Assembly (NCBI RefSeq): GCF_006345805.1
Contig: NC_043012.1
Location: 53,258,001 to 53,322,000 of the forward strand
DNA: 64,000 nucleotides
Reading direction: 5' to 3'
Source of the DNA: Octopus sinensis
Lineage: Eukaryota
Shown here: positions 41,937 through 54,900 of the stretch, piece by piece
How positions within the stretch are numbered: the first letter of the stretch is position 1
Layout of the letters: every line of letters begins with the position of its first letter
Program-made: the position numbers and the translations under genes
Notes under the pieces: generated by a model
Databases searched by the model: none
The model's input: only the letters and a program-made list of their open reading frames with translations
Told to the model about the DNA's origin: nothing

Positions 41937-43163
41937 ATATATATTATATATATATAATATATATATATATTTACACCATTTGACGAGATATATTCATTTA
42001 AATGTAAGTATATCTATCTATCAATATATATATTATGTTACAATAATATATATAATATATTAATATAGATATATAGAATATGTATGTATGTATATCTATA
42101 TGTTTATGTATATGTATGCATGTATACTCAACACACACACATACACACATGCAGTACGCGTACACACAACTACCAATACGTCTCGTCATAACTCTGTTCT
42201 CACAAGGGATATTTATAAGAACCGAAATTCTATCATAAATTAATGTGGAATTGTGTATGTAGTTAGCTATGCATACAGCATAGCCATAATATTAAGATAC
42301 ATAAGAAACTGATTTATGTCGTTACACATCACTATATATTTTATTAATATTGTACTCCATGCATATCAGCTGTAAATAGAATATATCTAACTAGATGCTC
42401 TATGTATATGCCCAAGTAAAAAATTATAGGAATTTTGATGGAAACACTAAAACACTAGCAAATTATTCTGCATATTTAGGTGAAAATAAAGGAAATAGGA
42501 TATACAAGCAAATGAAAACCGAAAGTAATAAAGTTTGTTTTAATAAATTTGCATAATTCAATAAACAGATATTATCTAAAAAAAACTGTGAGCACTAACA
42601 TACCTCTCGCTCATATTCATCTATCCATTATTCATATATGTATGTGTTTGTATTCTGCGTGTGTGTGTGCGTATAGGTCTACGTATATGTATGCATAGTC
42701 TATAGATATATATAATATGTATGTATATATAATATATATTATATATATATATATATATATTCTATATATAATGAATGATTATATATACTTATATACATAG
42801 ATACATACATATATATATACACGCGTATATACATCTACATATGTGGCTTGTTTATATATACATTCATGTTTGTCTAGAAATATATGCATATGCATATAAA
42901 TATATACGGGTACGTATACACACACATATGCACACGCACATATATACGTATGCATGTGTGTATAGTCTGTAAATATATATATGTATATATATATATATAT
43001 ATATATAAATAATATATATTATATATATATGTGTATATATATTCACTATGGCGTGTGCGGCCTAGAATTTTGGCCTCGAAACTGGATTTTATATATACTA
43101 TATATTATTAGATAGATGATATTCATAGATATCCCACCACACACATCACAGACACACACAGAT

Positions 43164-43211
<48 letters not shown>

Positions 43212-43288
43212 CATATATATATATTATATATATATAGGCATATATAAATACACGTATATATATATATATGCGTATATACACATATATA

Positions 43289-43347
<59 letters not shown>

Positions 43348-46300
43348 ATATATATTTATGTATGTATGTATGTATATAATAGCGCAAGCAAAAGAGAAGC
43401 TACTAGAATAGAATCAAATTTCCTTCATCTCATACAAAACATTTTAAAAGGGATAAACAGAATATAGTGTGTATATTTCTTTAATGCCCACAGAGGGCTA
43501 AACACAGAGGGGACAACATCGACCGCGTAGTCCTACAAAAATGTCTGTCTGAAAAAATAGTGACAGCCACGTTTAGAGTGTGCTTAGTTAAAAAGCATGC
43601 TTGCCCATGGCTGACCTGGAGCTAAACAACAATATAGCAATGTAGGTATTAAATATTTATTGATTTTTGTCGTTTGACCTAGCGTTTAATCTGCCCTATT
43701 CTGGGCTCATCCGATTTTTTTTTGAGACGGTTGTGAGCTGTCCAAATGTCTTATCATTCATTCTGAAACTAGTGATCTATTACCGTTAGTTGATTTGAAA
43801 ATAATTTGATAATTACTGAGAGTAATCCGCCAATTGGAAGTGAGATTTGAATTCAATATGTAAACACGAGAAGAGAAACCCTAAGTTATCTCCACAAAGA
43901 CTCTAACAATTCCAGTAATCCAACGCCTTGGACTTGTAATTTATTTTAACAAACTTGAAAATATGAAAGGCAAAAGTTGCCTCGGGGGAATATGATCTTG
44001 AACAAGTACGCCACAGAAGAATAGAAAGAACTACTGTGCTTAATTAGTAGGTACTTCTATTAAAACATAAGTTCTAGTGACTGTTAAAAAACTGTTTAAA
44101 AAATGGCCTTACCTTGTCTCCGAAATAGTCGAATTGCAGATTCGTCATCAATGCAGCCGATATCTCATTATAAAAGTTCTTTAACTGGATTACAGTATCA
44201 GAAGCCTCGTAAATTCGTCGAGCAACAGCGAAATTTCGCAGAGAAATCTTCTGGAGCAGAGTAAAGTCAGCATCCGCTCCAAACGACAAAGAAAATACTG
44301 GAATTTCATCATTATTAGTTTCACCTACGTTGGTTAATATATTGTTGCTGTTGGTTTCACCAGCTGAGGCAGCCCCGTCCGTTAAAAATATAATCAATGG
44401 TGAACGTCCGTCCCGCTTGGAGAGTTGGAATTTATGAAGTAATTTTAAGCCGTCGACAAGAGCCTTGTTTATATTTGTAGCTGTTTAATTTGAAAAACAA
44501 AATACAATTTAATTTAGAAAGGCAGGAGGATGGTATTTAGGCAATGTATTACATATCCTAGTGATCCAATAATTACAGGCATAAACCTGAACTTGTAGAA
44601 TGGATAGAGTTGTTGTAGATTCCTCAAAGGTTCAGCGTAGCTATTTTCTTTTTCGCAGATCTTTAGCTTTGTGTTAACAGCCGCTAGGCAACTGAATTCC
44701 ACAAACGGTACACAGTTACTCTTCTCTATTCCAAATCACTATGTCTGATATAGTACGCTTACATGCAGGAGATTCTACAGTAATGCGCCGGTTTCAACAT
44801 TTGCTCACCAAAAGAACGGAAATAAATTTAAAAGCTAAACTCGCTATCATCAATTCTGTGTTCGTACCTAACTTTCCTTATGGCCAGAAATCTTCGGGAA
44901 TAACCGAAAGAGTACGATTTAAGTGATGTGGCTTCTTCGAAAGGTGCTTTGGAATAATGTTACTCATTAGAGTGCGTAACTCGGAGATCAGAGAGATGCT
45001 CCAGATTGACTCTACTTCTCCGAATTGAGAGATAACAACTCTGATACTATGAACATGTGGTAAGAACATATCGGGAAAGAATCGCTAGATAGGTTTTACG
45101 TACAAAACCAACCGACAGGGGACCTAGAGACAGACTGCGACCGAGATGATTGGATTACTACATCCATGAGCTCGATTGGTCTTGATTTGGAATGCAGCCA
45201 GATCAAGTGGAAACTTTTGCTTTTGAGAAGACCTGCTCGAAGACTCTCTTGCGAATTCTGCTCCCATTGACCCTCCCATTAAGTAGATGAAGGAGATGAG
45301 AGGAGGAAAATACAATTAACTTAACAATATTTATTTAAAATACGTTTTTGTCTAACATAGACAAAGAGAGTTTAAAAGACTAAATTTTCTTTTTATCACA
45401 GGGGATAGAGCATGATTTAACTTAGTTGCAAACTTGCAAATAAATATTCACTGAAACACCGAATTGCAATTTAAGAACAAATTATAGATATATACGAGGT
45501 GGTATCAAAACGTTTCCAGACTAGTTCTGTAGAGCACCAACAATTAGTAATGCACAGTTGCGAGCGCAATGAGATATAGATGTAAGCTTCATGAGTTGTT
45601 GTTGTTTGTTCCTTCTCGAGCTTCGCCTGACTCATAAGGGCCGGTTTCCCGGTTTCCTTGGCGTAAAGATTCCCCACCTGAACGGGACGCCGGTCCGTCG
45701 CAGTTCAGCTGCAAGATGCAGGAGGAAAGAGTGTGAGAAAGTTGTGGCGAAAGAGTCAGCAGAAGTTCGCCATTACTTTCTGCCGGAGCCGCGTGGAGAT
45801 TGGGTGTTTCGCTCATAAACATATACATCACCCGGTCTGAGATTCGAACCCGTGATCCCTCAACCGCGAGTCCGCTGCTCTAACCACTGGGCCATGTGCC
45901 TCCATGAGAAAATATGCCGAGTGAAATTTGTGGGTTTTTTTTGTGATCACGTGTATGCTTATGCTGTTGTCTGCATTTTTGTCATGTACAGGGAGCTGGA
46001 ACAAAAGACCAAGATGGAATTTTGTGTTAAACTTGGGAGGTCTGCGGCAGAGACATTGAGCATGCTTCAGCAAGCTTACGGTGATGAAGTAAGAAAATAT
46101 GGAGAAAATTCATCAGCTTGTGCATGAGGATCGCCTCTTTGCTCTTTTACTTGTTTCAGTCATTTGACTGTGTCTATGCTGGAGCACCGCCTTTGGTCGA
46201 GCAAATCAACTCCAGGACTTATTCTTTGTATGCCTAGTACTTATCCTATCGGTATCTTTTGCCGAACCGCTAAGTTACGGGGACGTAAACACACCAGCAT

Positions 46301-46360
46301 CGGTTGTCAAGCGATGTTGGGGGAACACACACAGACACACAAACACACACACACACACAC

Positions 46361-46395
<35 letters not shown>

Positions 46396-47351
46396 CGACG
46401 GGCTTCTTTCAGTTTCCGTCTAACAAATCCACTCACAAGGCTTTTGTTGGCCCGAGGCCATAGTAGAAGACACTTGCCCAAGGTACCACGCAGAGGGAGT
46501 GAACCCGAAATCATGTGTTTGGTAAGCAAGCTACTTACTACATAGCCACTTCTACGTTTGAGGACAATCAACATTTTGAAGCATTTGAGAGAGGACATTC
46601 GGTGAAAGCGACCAGAGTATGGAGCGCTAAGAATTGGATTCTTCACGACCACAATGCACTCGAGCTCGCCTCACTCTTGAGTTGCTCGCCAAAAACAACA
46701 TGATACCGCTTCTGCATCCGCTCCAATCGTCAGATTTAGCACCTGCGCACTTCCATCTCTTCCCCAATATATAAATGCAGCTCAAAGGTTGTCCAGATTG
46801 AGGGCAAATCGCAGTAGGTCCTCGACTCGCTTACAGAAAACGACTTCTATGCCTGATTCCCTGATTCTAAAAGTTCCAGGAAAGCTGGGACAGGTGTATT
46901 GCTGCGCAAGGTGACCATTGCGAAGGAGATGATTTTAAAACTTAGGTAAATAAGTTATATCTTATTAAACATAATTAGTTTGGGAACCTTTTGATGCCAC
47001 CTCATAAATGATATGTTTTGCAATAATATAAAAAAAAAACATGAATTATATGTAAATATTCTTTCATATGTTCTCTCAGTCACAAGGAAAATAAATCGCA
47101 TAATAATAGAGCAAAAACAAAAAAAGAAACAAATAAAGCCTGAACGGTTCTCTCCTCTTAAGGGAAGTTCCTCCGTGCAGTTTCTTAGAAAACTCTCTTT
47201 CTCTCCGTCTCTTACTCTGAACCCGACCGTTGATGGTAGCGCCATCAGTCGCCAGTTAAATTTCACACGCACGCATCAAATATATTACTTAAGGTTTTCT
47301 TGTGCTTTAATCACAACCAAAATACTACTTAATTTTTACGATCAATATATA

Positions 47352-47432
<81 letters not shown>

Positions 47433-48287
47433 CATACATACATATATATAATTAAATAATGAAGGAAGAAATTGATATTAATCAATTAAAACCAGTGGCT
47501 TAGTATATTTTTTTAAAAAATGAAGATTAAAAATTATATCACATACAAAACTTTTAATCTTCGGATTTTTTAAATATGCTAAGCCACTCGTTTTAATTGA
47601 TTAATATCTATTTCTACCCTAATTATTTAAGTTTTAAATAACTATGTTCTCTAACCGGTAAATTAGCTGCACAAACGTATTAACTGCAAAGTTATTTCTG
47701 GACTCATCGCGCCATAATGAAGACAGTTGTAAAATACCCCCAAATATAAGTTGCAGAACTTTATACATACTCTCTTTCGGGTGACCGTTCTGCGTCTAGT
47801 TCTGGAAACTTTGTTTTATAAGCGACAGACTACGCTGATGAGCTTGCAGATATTTACATTCATAAATATTAAGCTAAAACCATTGGAACGTAGGTAATCG
47901 ATTTTTACTTCGTATATTTTTATTTGTTTTGCTCATTTTTACATTCTGGCTTTTTGCTGAATTACTTCTTGAGAGCACACTCTTCGTAGTAAAGCGATTC
48001 GACGTCTATCTTTAGCATATTAGGAGTCCACTTTGGTTGTCATTCCTCTTAATTTTGTATGTTAGCTCCTACACACATTTTTTTCTCTCCTTGTTTTTTT
48101 CTGTGTATCTTTCTGTCGAAGAGCGTAGGCTCGAAACGTAAAAGACTTGTTCTATTTCTATTCCTGAGCGCTGTACTAATACAATTGTTTGTTTGTACTC
48201 CACCTGCCTTCGTCTTTTGTTTATTTTCGTAAACCTTCCCATTATATATATATATATATATATAGATATATATATATAATATATATA

Positions 48288-48319
<32 letters not shown>

Positions 48320-49149
48320 GGCACTAAGATGTGTATTTTGTCTCTCGTTTTACTCCCTCTACAAAATTGCAGCCAATCAGTATCAAACAAATTTTGCACC
48401 GTTTCAGCAACTTATATATCAAATGAATTTATAACATGCAGATATTTTAACTGGAATGTGTTCTATCTGGTGTCTTTAAACATTAACATCACAAAAACGA
48501 AACTGTTCTCTGGCAAAACGAGTTTTTATAGCTATGGCAATTTTCTTTGTTCTTTTTTAAAGTCATTCTCAATGTAAGTTTTATGTCCCTTCCTCTCACT
48601 AGAATATAAAAGGAATTTATTTTAACTTTTAACATCCCAAGTAAGTATCTCAGAAAATTCTTAAAAGTTTAAATATTTCAATTCTGTTTATCACACAGCA
48701 ATTACTTTTTCTTTCTTCTGTTTTCGTGAACATCACGACCTCTCACCTTTGTTTTTGTTACAAAGTTTCTCCTTGTTTCTCACAGGTCACCTTGCGATGA
48801 TTTGAAATACTTTTAGAAATAGTGCCGTTAACATAATCAGGCTTTTATTTCTTCTCTCATTCAACATTCTTAAATGGTTAATTATTCATTTATACTGGGC
48901 AAATGTGAATTTTCACATGTGCAAGCATCTGAAAGTTTGTACCTGTGTAGAATTTATTACTTTATCCTTAGATGTAAAAAGTTGGTAACATTCTTCTAAA
49001 CATAGGTTACATATTTTTAGTTCCAGTTCTGTATGATTTTGCAGTACAAATTAATTCCCAATTGATAGTATTGTCTTCGTTTCTGTCTTTAATATACCAG
49101 ATTAATTTACTAATATGCATACATACACACCCACACTCACACACACACG

Positions 49150-49198
<49 letters not shown>

Positions 49199-49736
49199 GC
49201 ATGTATGTATGTATTATGTATTTATATACAAATAATAACAAAAAATTGACGCGTATCCATTGTTTGTTATTTATTTATTCATAATACACCTCACTGGATC
49301 CCGACCCATCGGATATTCTGGAGCACGACTACTATAATGTACACTTCTGAATTAGTCCTTAAGCTACAAAAACACTCATAATGTTTAGATTCCCTATATA
49401 CATAACATGAACATTACACTGGATGTACTTCTGTACCCATGATATTTACTCGACTAAAGGTGCTGTTTACAACTTAATTCGACCTAACCTGGTGCCTATC
49501 ATTTACTTACCTGAATCCTTTTGAATCCTTAGTATTGTGTGTGTGTGTGCATATGAGTGTGTATATGTATAGATATATATATATATATTATATACATATT
49601 AGAGGAAATCCACTATGTGGACACCCTTATGCTAGAAATAGATCCGCTATGTTCTTACCACTAAGAAATATTCTCAAGAAAATCGATGTTAATTAAATTA
49701 ATATCTAATTTCTCACCGTCATTTTAAATTTAAATT

Positions 49737-49800
<64 letters not shown>

Positions 49801-49874
49801 TAAACTGGCAAAATGACCATTCCTAAATACAAAATATATGCATGTGTATGTTACACACACACACACACACACAC

Positions 49875-49922
<48 letters not shown>

Positions 49923-50200
49923 AATAATAATAATAGGGAGTATAACTCCAAACTTACAGAGAAACATTCAATTTAGTATTAAATCAAATTTCACAATATA
50001 TATATATATAAATTAGAGAAAAACCACTATTATGTAATTCAAACAATGATAGACGTAAATCATATCTTATAGAAAAAATAAAATATATGATAAAACATTT
50101 TCCTAGATCACAATAAAGTACATAATAATAAATAATAAATAATAACTAGTTATTTACGTCTATCATTGTTTGATTTACATAATGGTGGTTTTTCTCTAAG

Positions 50201-50242
<42 letters not shown>

Positions 50243-50802
50243 ATTACTTACAGCCCGAAGCGTCTCGATTGTATATCCATTTCAAAGCGTCCGCTTTGTT
50301 CTTTTCCTCCCATGGCACCATGTCTTGTTTCCAAAATTTTATGCTACCGTCAAAGTCCATAATGTTAAAACGGTCTCCTTCGGCCATGTCATTAACAATC
50401 TGATCCATGGCACTTTTCACTTGAGTCATCTTGCGTCCATACATCGATCCACTTGTGTCTATTATGAAGAGAACGTCTTTGGGAATTGGATCCAAATCAG
50501 TTGGCGCGAAGAAATGAACAAAGTAACCATTTACTGCCTGTAAAATGAAGAAAAAAACGTTTACTTTGATGCTATTGGTATTTAGTAATTCCTGAAAAAT
50601 ATTAACGGTTCACATTGCTTGGCATATAATATTAATCATTTATTAATTGAGAATAACCCACATTGCACAACCCGAGAATTGGCAGAAAGCCTTAACCTAT
50701 CAAAATACGTGGTTCATGAGCACCTGGTAAAGCTTGGGTAATGGCAAGTATTTATTGACCTTTTTCTTTCCTTTAAAAATTGGCAAGAACTTTCCGGACG
50801 AC

Positions 50803-50856
<54 letters not shown>

Positions 50857-51748
50857 CACATACAAATAGATATAAATATATGTACATATATACCAGGTGT
50901 CGCAAACGTCACTGATGGGTTTCAATTTTAAATAAGGTCCTTAACTATACAGAAAAATGCATGAAATTTTGATACAATATAAATGATATAATGTAAATTA
51001 ATATGCTCGAGTCAAACTTTGCAACACCACTACATCACATAAAAAATGACACCGCTTAAAGGCTGCCTCTTCCGGCTTCACATGCCCGTGCTCTTTCCAA
51101 AACCTGTGCCTTAACACCCTCAAGAGTTTCTGACCCCACTTCTCTGATTCGTCTATTGATTTTCGCCTTTAGTTGCACCAGTATCTCAGATATCCCCGCA
51201 AGAAAAAATCTGGGCAAATCAAGTTTGAGGAAGGTGAAGGCTATTCAAAGTAGTCCTCGCAAGTGGTTCCAGCAAGATAGAGGCAACTGCTCAATACCGC
51301 AAGAGAAACAATACAGTTGCTACGGCAGTATGTTGGAGAGAGAATCTCCCGCTACGGTAATGTCAGTTGGCCATTACGTTCCCCAGACCTGACATGCCCA
51401 GATTTTTTTCTTGTGGTGCTAGCTGAAAGATAGGGTTTACGTCAACAAATCGGAGACCCTGGTGAAACTGAAGGCAAACATCGATAGAGCAATCAGAGAA
51501 ATGGGATCTGAAACTCTTGAGGGTGTTATGGTGCAAGTTTTGGAAAGAGCACGGGCGTGCGAAGCCGAAATTGCCTGCTGTTTAAGCGATGTCATTTTTC
51601 ATATGTGATTTAGTGGTGCTGCAAAATTTTACTTGAGCATATTAAGTTCCATTATGTCCTTTATATTGTATCAAAATTTCATGCATCTATTTGTAAAGTT
51701 AAGGAAGTTATCAAAAAGTGAAACTCATCAGTGACGTTACGGACACCT

Positions 51749-51805
<57 letters not shown>

Positions 51806-51906
51806 TTTATATATATATATATATTATATATATATATATATATTATATTATATATATTATATATATATATATTATATTATATATATATATATTATATATA
51901 TATACA

Positions 51907-51942
<36 letters not shown>

Positions 51943-54900
51943 TATATATATGCATATACATATTTATAAACACACACACACACATATATAACTCAGTACA
52001 GCTTTTGCATATCTACATACATGCGCATATATGTATTTATATGTATGTGTGTGTGTAGGGTGTATGGGTGGGTGTATATGCATGTACTCGACCTTGATTT
52101 TATGTTGCTTGTTTGTTTGAAGCTGTAAGCCGGTGTCGAGTGACATTGTTTTAGATCAAAGCCGTAAATTATCTTCTATCTTCTACATGTTCCAGTCATT
52201 AGACTATGGCCATGCTGGGGCACCACCTTGTCTCTGATTCAGAAAAAAAAATTGGTACGATAAGGTAGCAACTGGAAGTATACCGAGACAGATACGACCG
52301 TTTAAAACTCTTAAATGCAATACCCTATCATGGCCGTATTCCAATGACTGAAACCAGTAAGAAAGTAAAACACATTGTTTCGTTTAATGCTTTTTGTTTT
52401 TATTTTCATTTTTGCAAAACTATAATAATGTATAATATTTCATAGTGAACAAAAATACATTTTAGTGGCGTATCAATTACGAGATTGCTTCGCGTATATC
52501 ACGCTTTGTTATATGCATCGAGACGTTGTATTATATCTAGCATGACGATATGTTGAATCTGTATCGATCTAAATGCTATTTGATCTTAAGTAGGCTATTG
52601 TGTTTTAGGCAATGGAGCATTATATGGTTTCTGTTGTGACGCTATGTTCAATCTAATGAGGCATAGTTTTGTATCTGTTAGAATAATCTGGCCTTCTCTG
52701 TTTTAAATTTATTTTCTCCAAACGTTTATTTTACATCATATCAGAGAATCTCAGCTGGTTTATTCGATTATATTCGATTATATGTTGGATCTACTACTAC
52801 CAAAATCGCCACCACCATGCAACACCGTAACGAATAGTATAACTACCTCCGCCACTACGTCTAGCTGAATAGTGTTATTGAATTTTTTAAATAATTAAGA
52901 ATGGAGAAGTCAAGATCGAGTCATTCAGGAGTATTTTATAGTTGAGGGGAAGTTAATTACATCAGATGAAGTACTCAACAGCTACATATTTTATCGACCT
53001 CAAAAAGGATGAAAAGCAAAGTCGACCTGGACAGAATTTGAACTCAGAATGTCAAGATGGATGAAATGTTGCGAAGCATTCTGTGCGGCGTGCTAACGAT
53101 TCTGCTGGCTCGCCACCTTTTTGAAATAATTTCTGATTAAGACACGAAGCGTAAAATTTTGAGAGGAAGCTTGTCAATTGTATTGACTTCAATATTTAAC
53201 TGGTAATTTGATTTATCGATCCCGTAGAATGGAAAGCAAAAGTCGACAACGGTAGGATTTCAACAGTGAACATAATTAGCCGTAACGGATATTTTCGGTT
53301 TGAACGGCAGTTTTTTCTAGCGGAGTCATATGAAATTGTCACCCATAATTATGACCCTAGTATCGGTCTATTGCATTTCAATCTGTTTTAGGATTAGGGT
53401 AAGTTAGGGTTGGGGGTGGGGGAAGTATCTTTTTTCTTCAGAAATGTAAATAAACCCAATCTGTTTCTTAAACGAGGGACATATTCAAACGGCACAGAAT
53501 GTTTTCACCTCAAATACACGTCATTGATTGGTTGAAATTGCAGAAATTGAAGAAAATATCTTACAAACTATAGAATTTTCTTAATAAAGCCAAGAAAAAA
53601 AGATATTTTATAAACACATTCTACCAGTATACGAAGTTTAAAATTTTTTAGTTACCTAGCAATTATGTTAAAAACCGCCTTTCAAACCGAAAAGATCCGC
53701 CGCAACAAAACACACAAAGCATTTTTCTGACGCTCGACCCAAATGGTGGTTATTGCATCGGTAAGGAAGAAAGAATAACTAAGCCTTCACTAAAATTACT
53801 TGAATTAAGAATCTAAAGAATATATTCAAATACCAGTCACATTGTCGGGCATTCTACCGACGCTGCTAATAGCAAGCAATAAACTGGTTTTATTTTTCAA
53901 CTAATGTGTAATTTGCTTCAGTTTATTTGCTTACTGAAGACACTATTTCCTGTAAATTAAAGAATTCTCGGATTATTTTCAATACATATAAATATAAACA
54001 AAACTCTCTCACACACACACAGCGTATACAAAATCTGGACGTTGCCAGTGTGTCTGGAAAATATATCTTCACAAGAATACATTCTAATCAATAATTTTCT
54101 TATTTCTCATCTAATTGCTGTATTTCCTGCTTATGCAATCATGAGAATTACGAGCGTCAGCGTATTTTAAACTGGATAAAAAATAGCTGTAACTTATAAA
54201 AAAAGAAATATGACGAAGCAACTCTGAAATTTACGCTCACAACTCAAAGTACGTAACTTTAGACACCGTATCAAATATATATATACTAGAATACATTCTT
54301 CATTAACCATAGCTTCAGACTTTCGTTGCACTTACCATTATATCTCCGTTGAACTTTTCTCTCCGATCAACATCATATTTGATCACGAAGACACCGCTTA
54401 CGTTTGTTTCCGGTTTGTACAGAACTTTAACTGACTTTAATGATGGACGAGAAATTTCGGCGTCTGGGTTAGTTTTTCCTAAACAGATAAATACGATATT
54501 GAAGCAGGAATCACAGAAAATATTGCAATGTTCGATGGATTAATTAATTCCTTTGATTCGTTTATTTTTTTACTATTATCTTATTACCGCCAGCAAACTG
54601 AAAAATGAACTAGTTTGAATGTCATATAAACGTATTGTATAAATATCTGTGTAACTCACACCTACGACTCTGCCTTTCTACACTCGTACACACACACACA
54701 CACACACACCACACACACACACACATTCTCTTTCTCTTCTACTTTCCTTCTCTTTCTCTACCCCCTCTCTCTCTCCGCCCTCTTTCCGTGCTATCACTCA
54801 CAATTGAGTGTAATTTAGCAGCAGGAAAACTTCTTCCAAATACAATGAAAAATCCCCGACAAAAATATTTCAATCGTTTGTGAGTCTGCAGATCATAGAA

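Larger units (their letters stand above)
45495..47004 (+). mobile_element. Internally deleted mariner, family 3, with two nested SINEs
   Basis: TIRs cgaggtggtatcaaaacgtttccagacta / tagtttgggaaccttttgatgccacctca with TA flanks. Remnants [34 protein letters not shown] and WILHDHNA. Confidence 0.88.
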
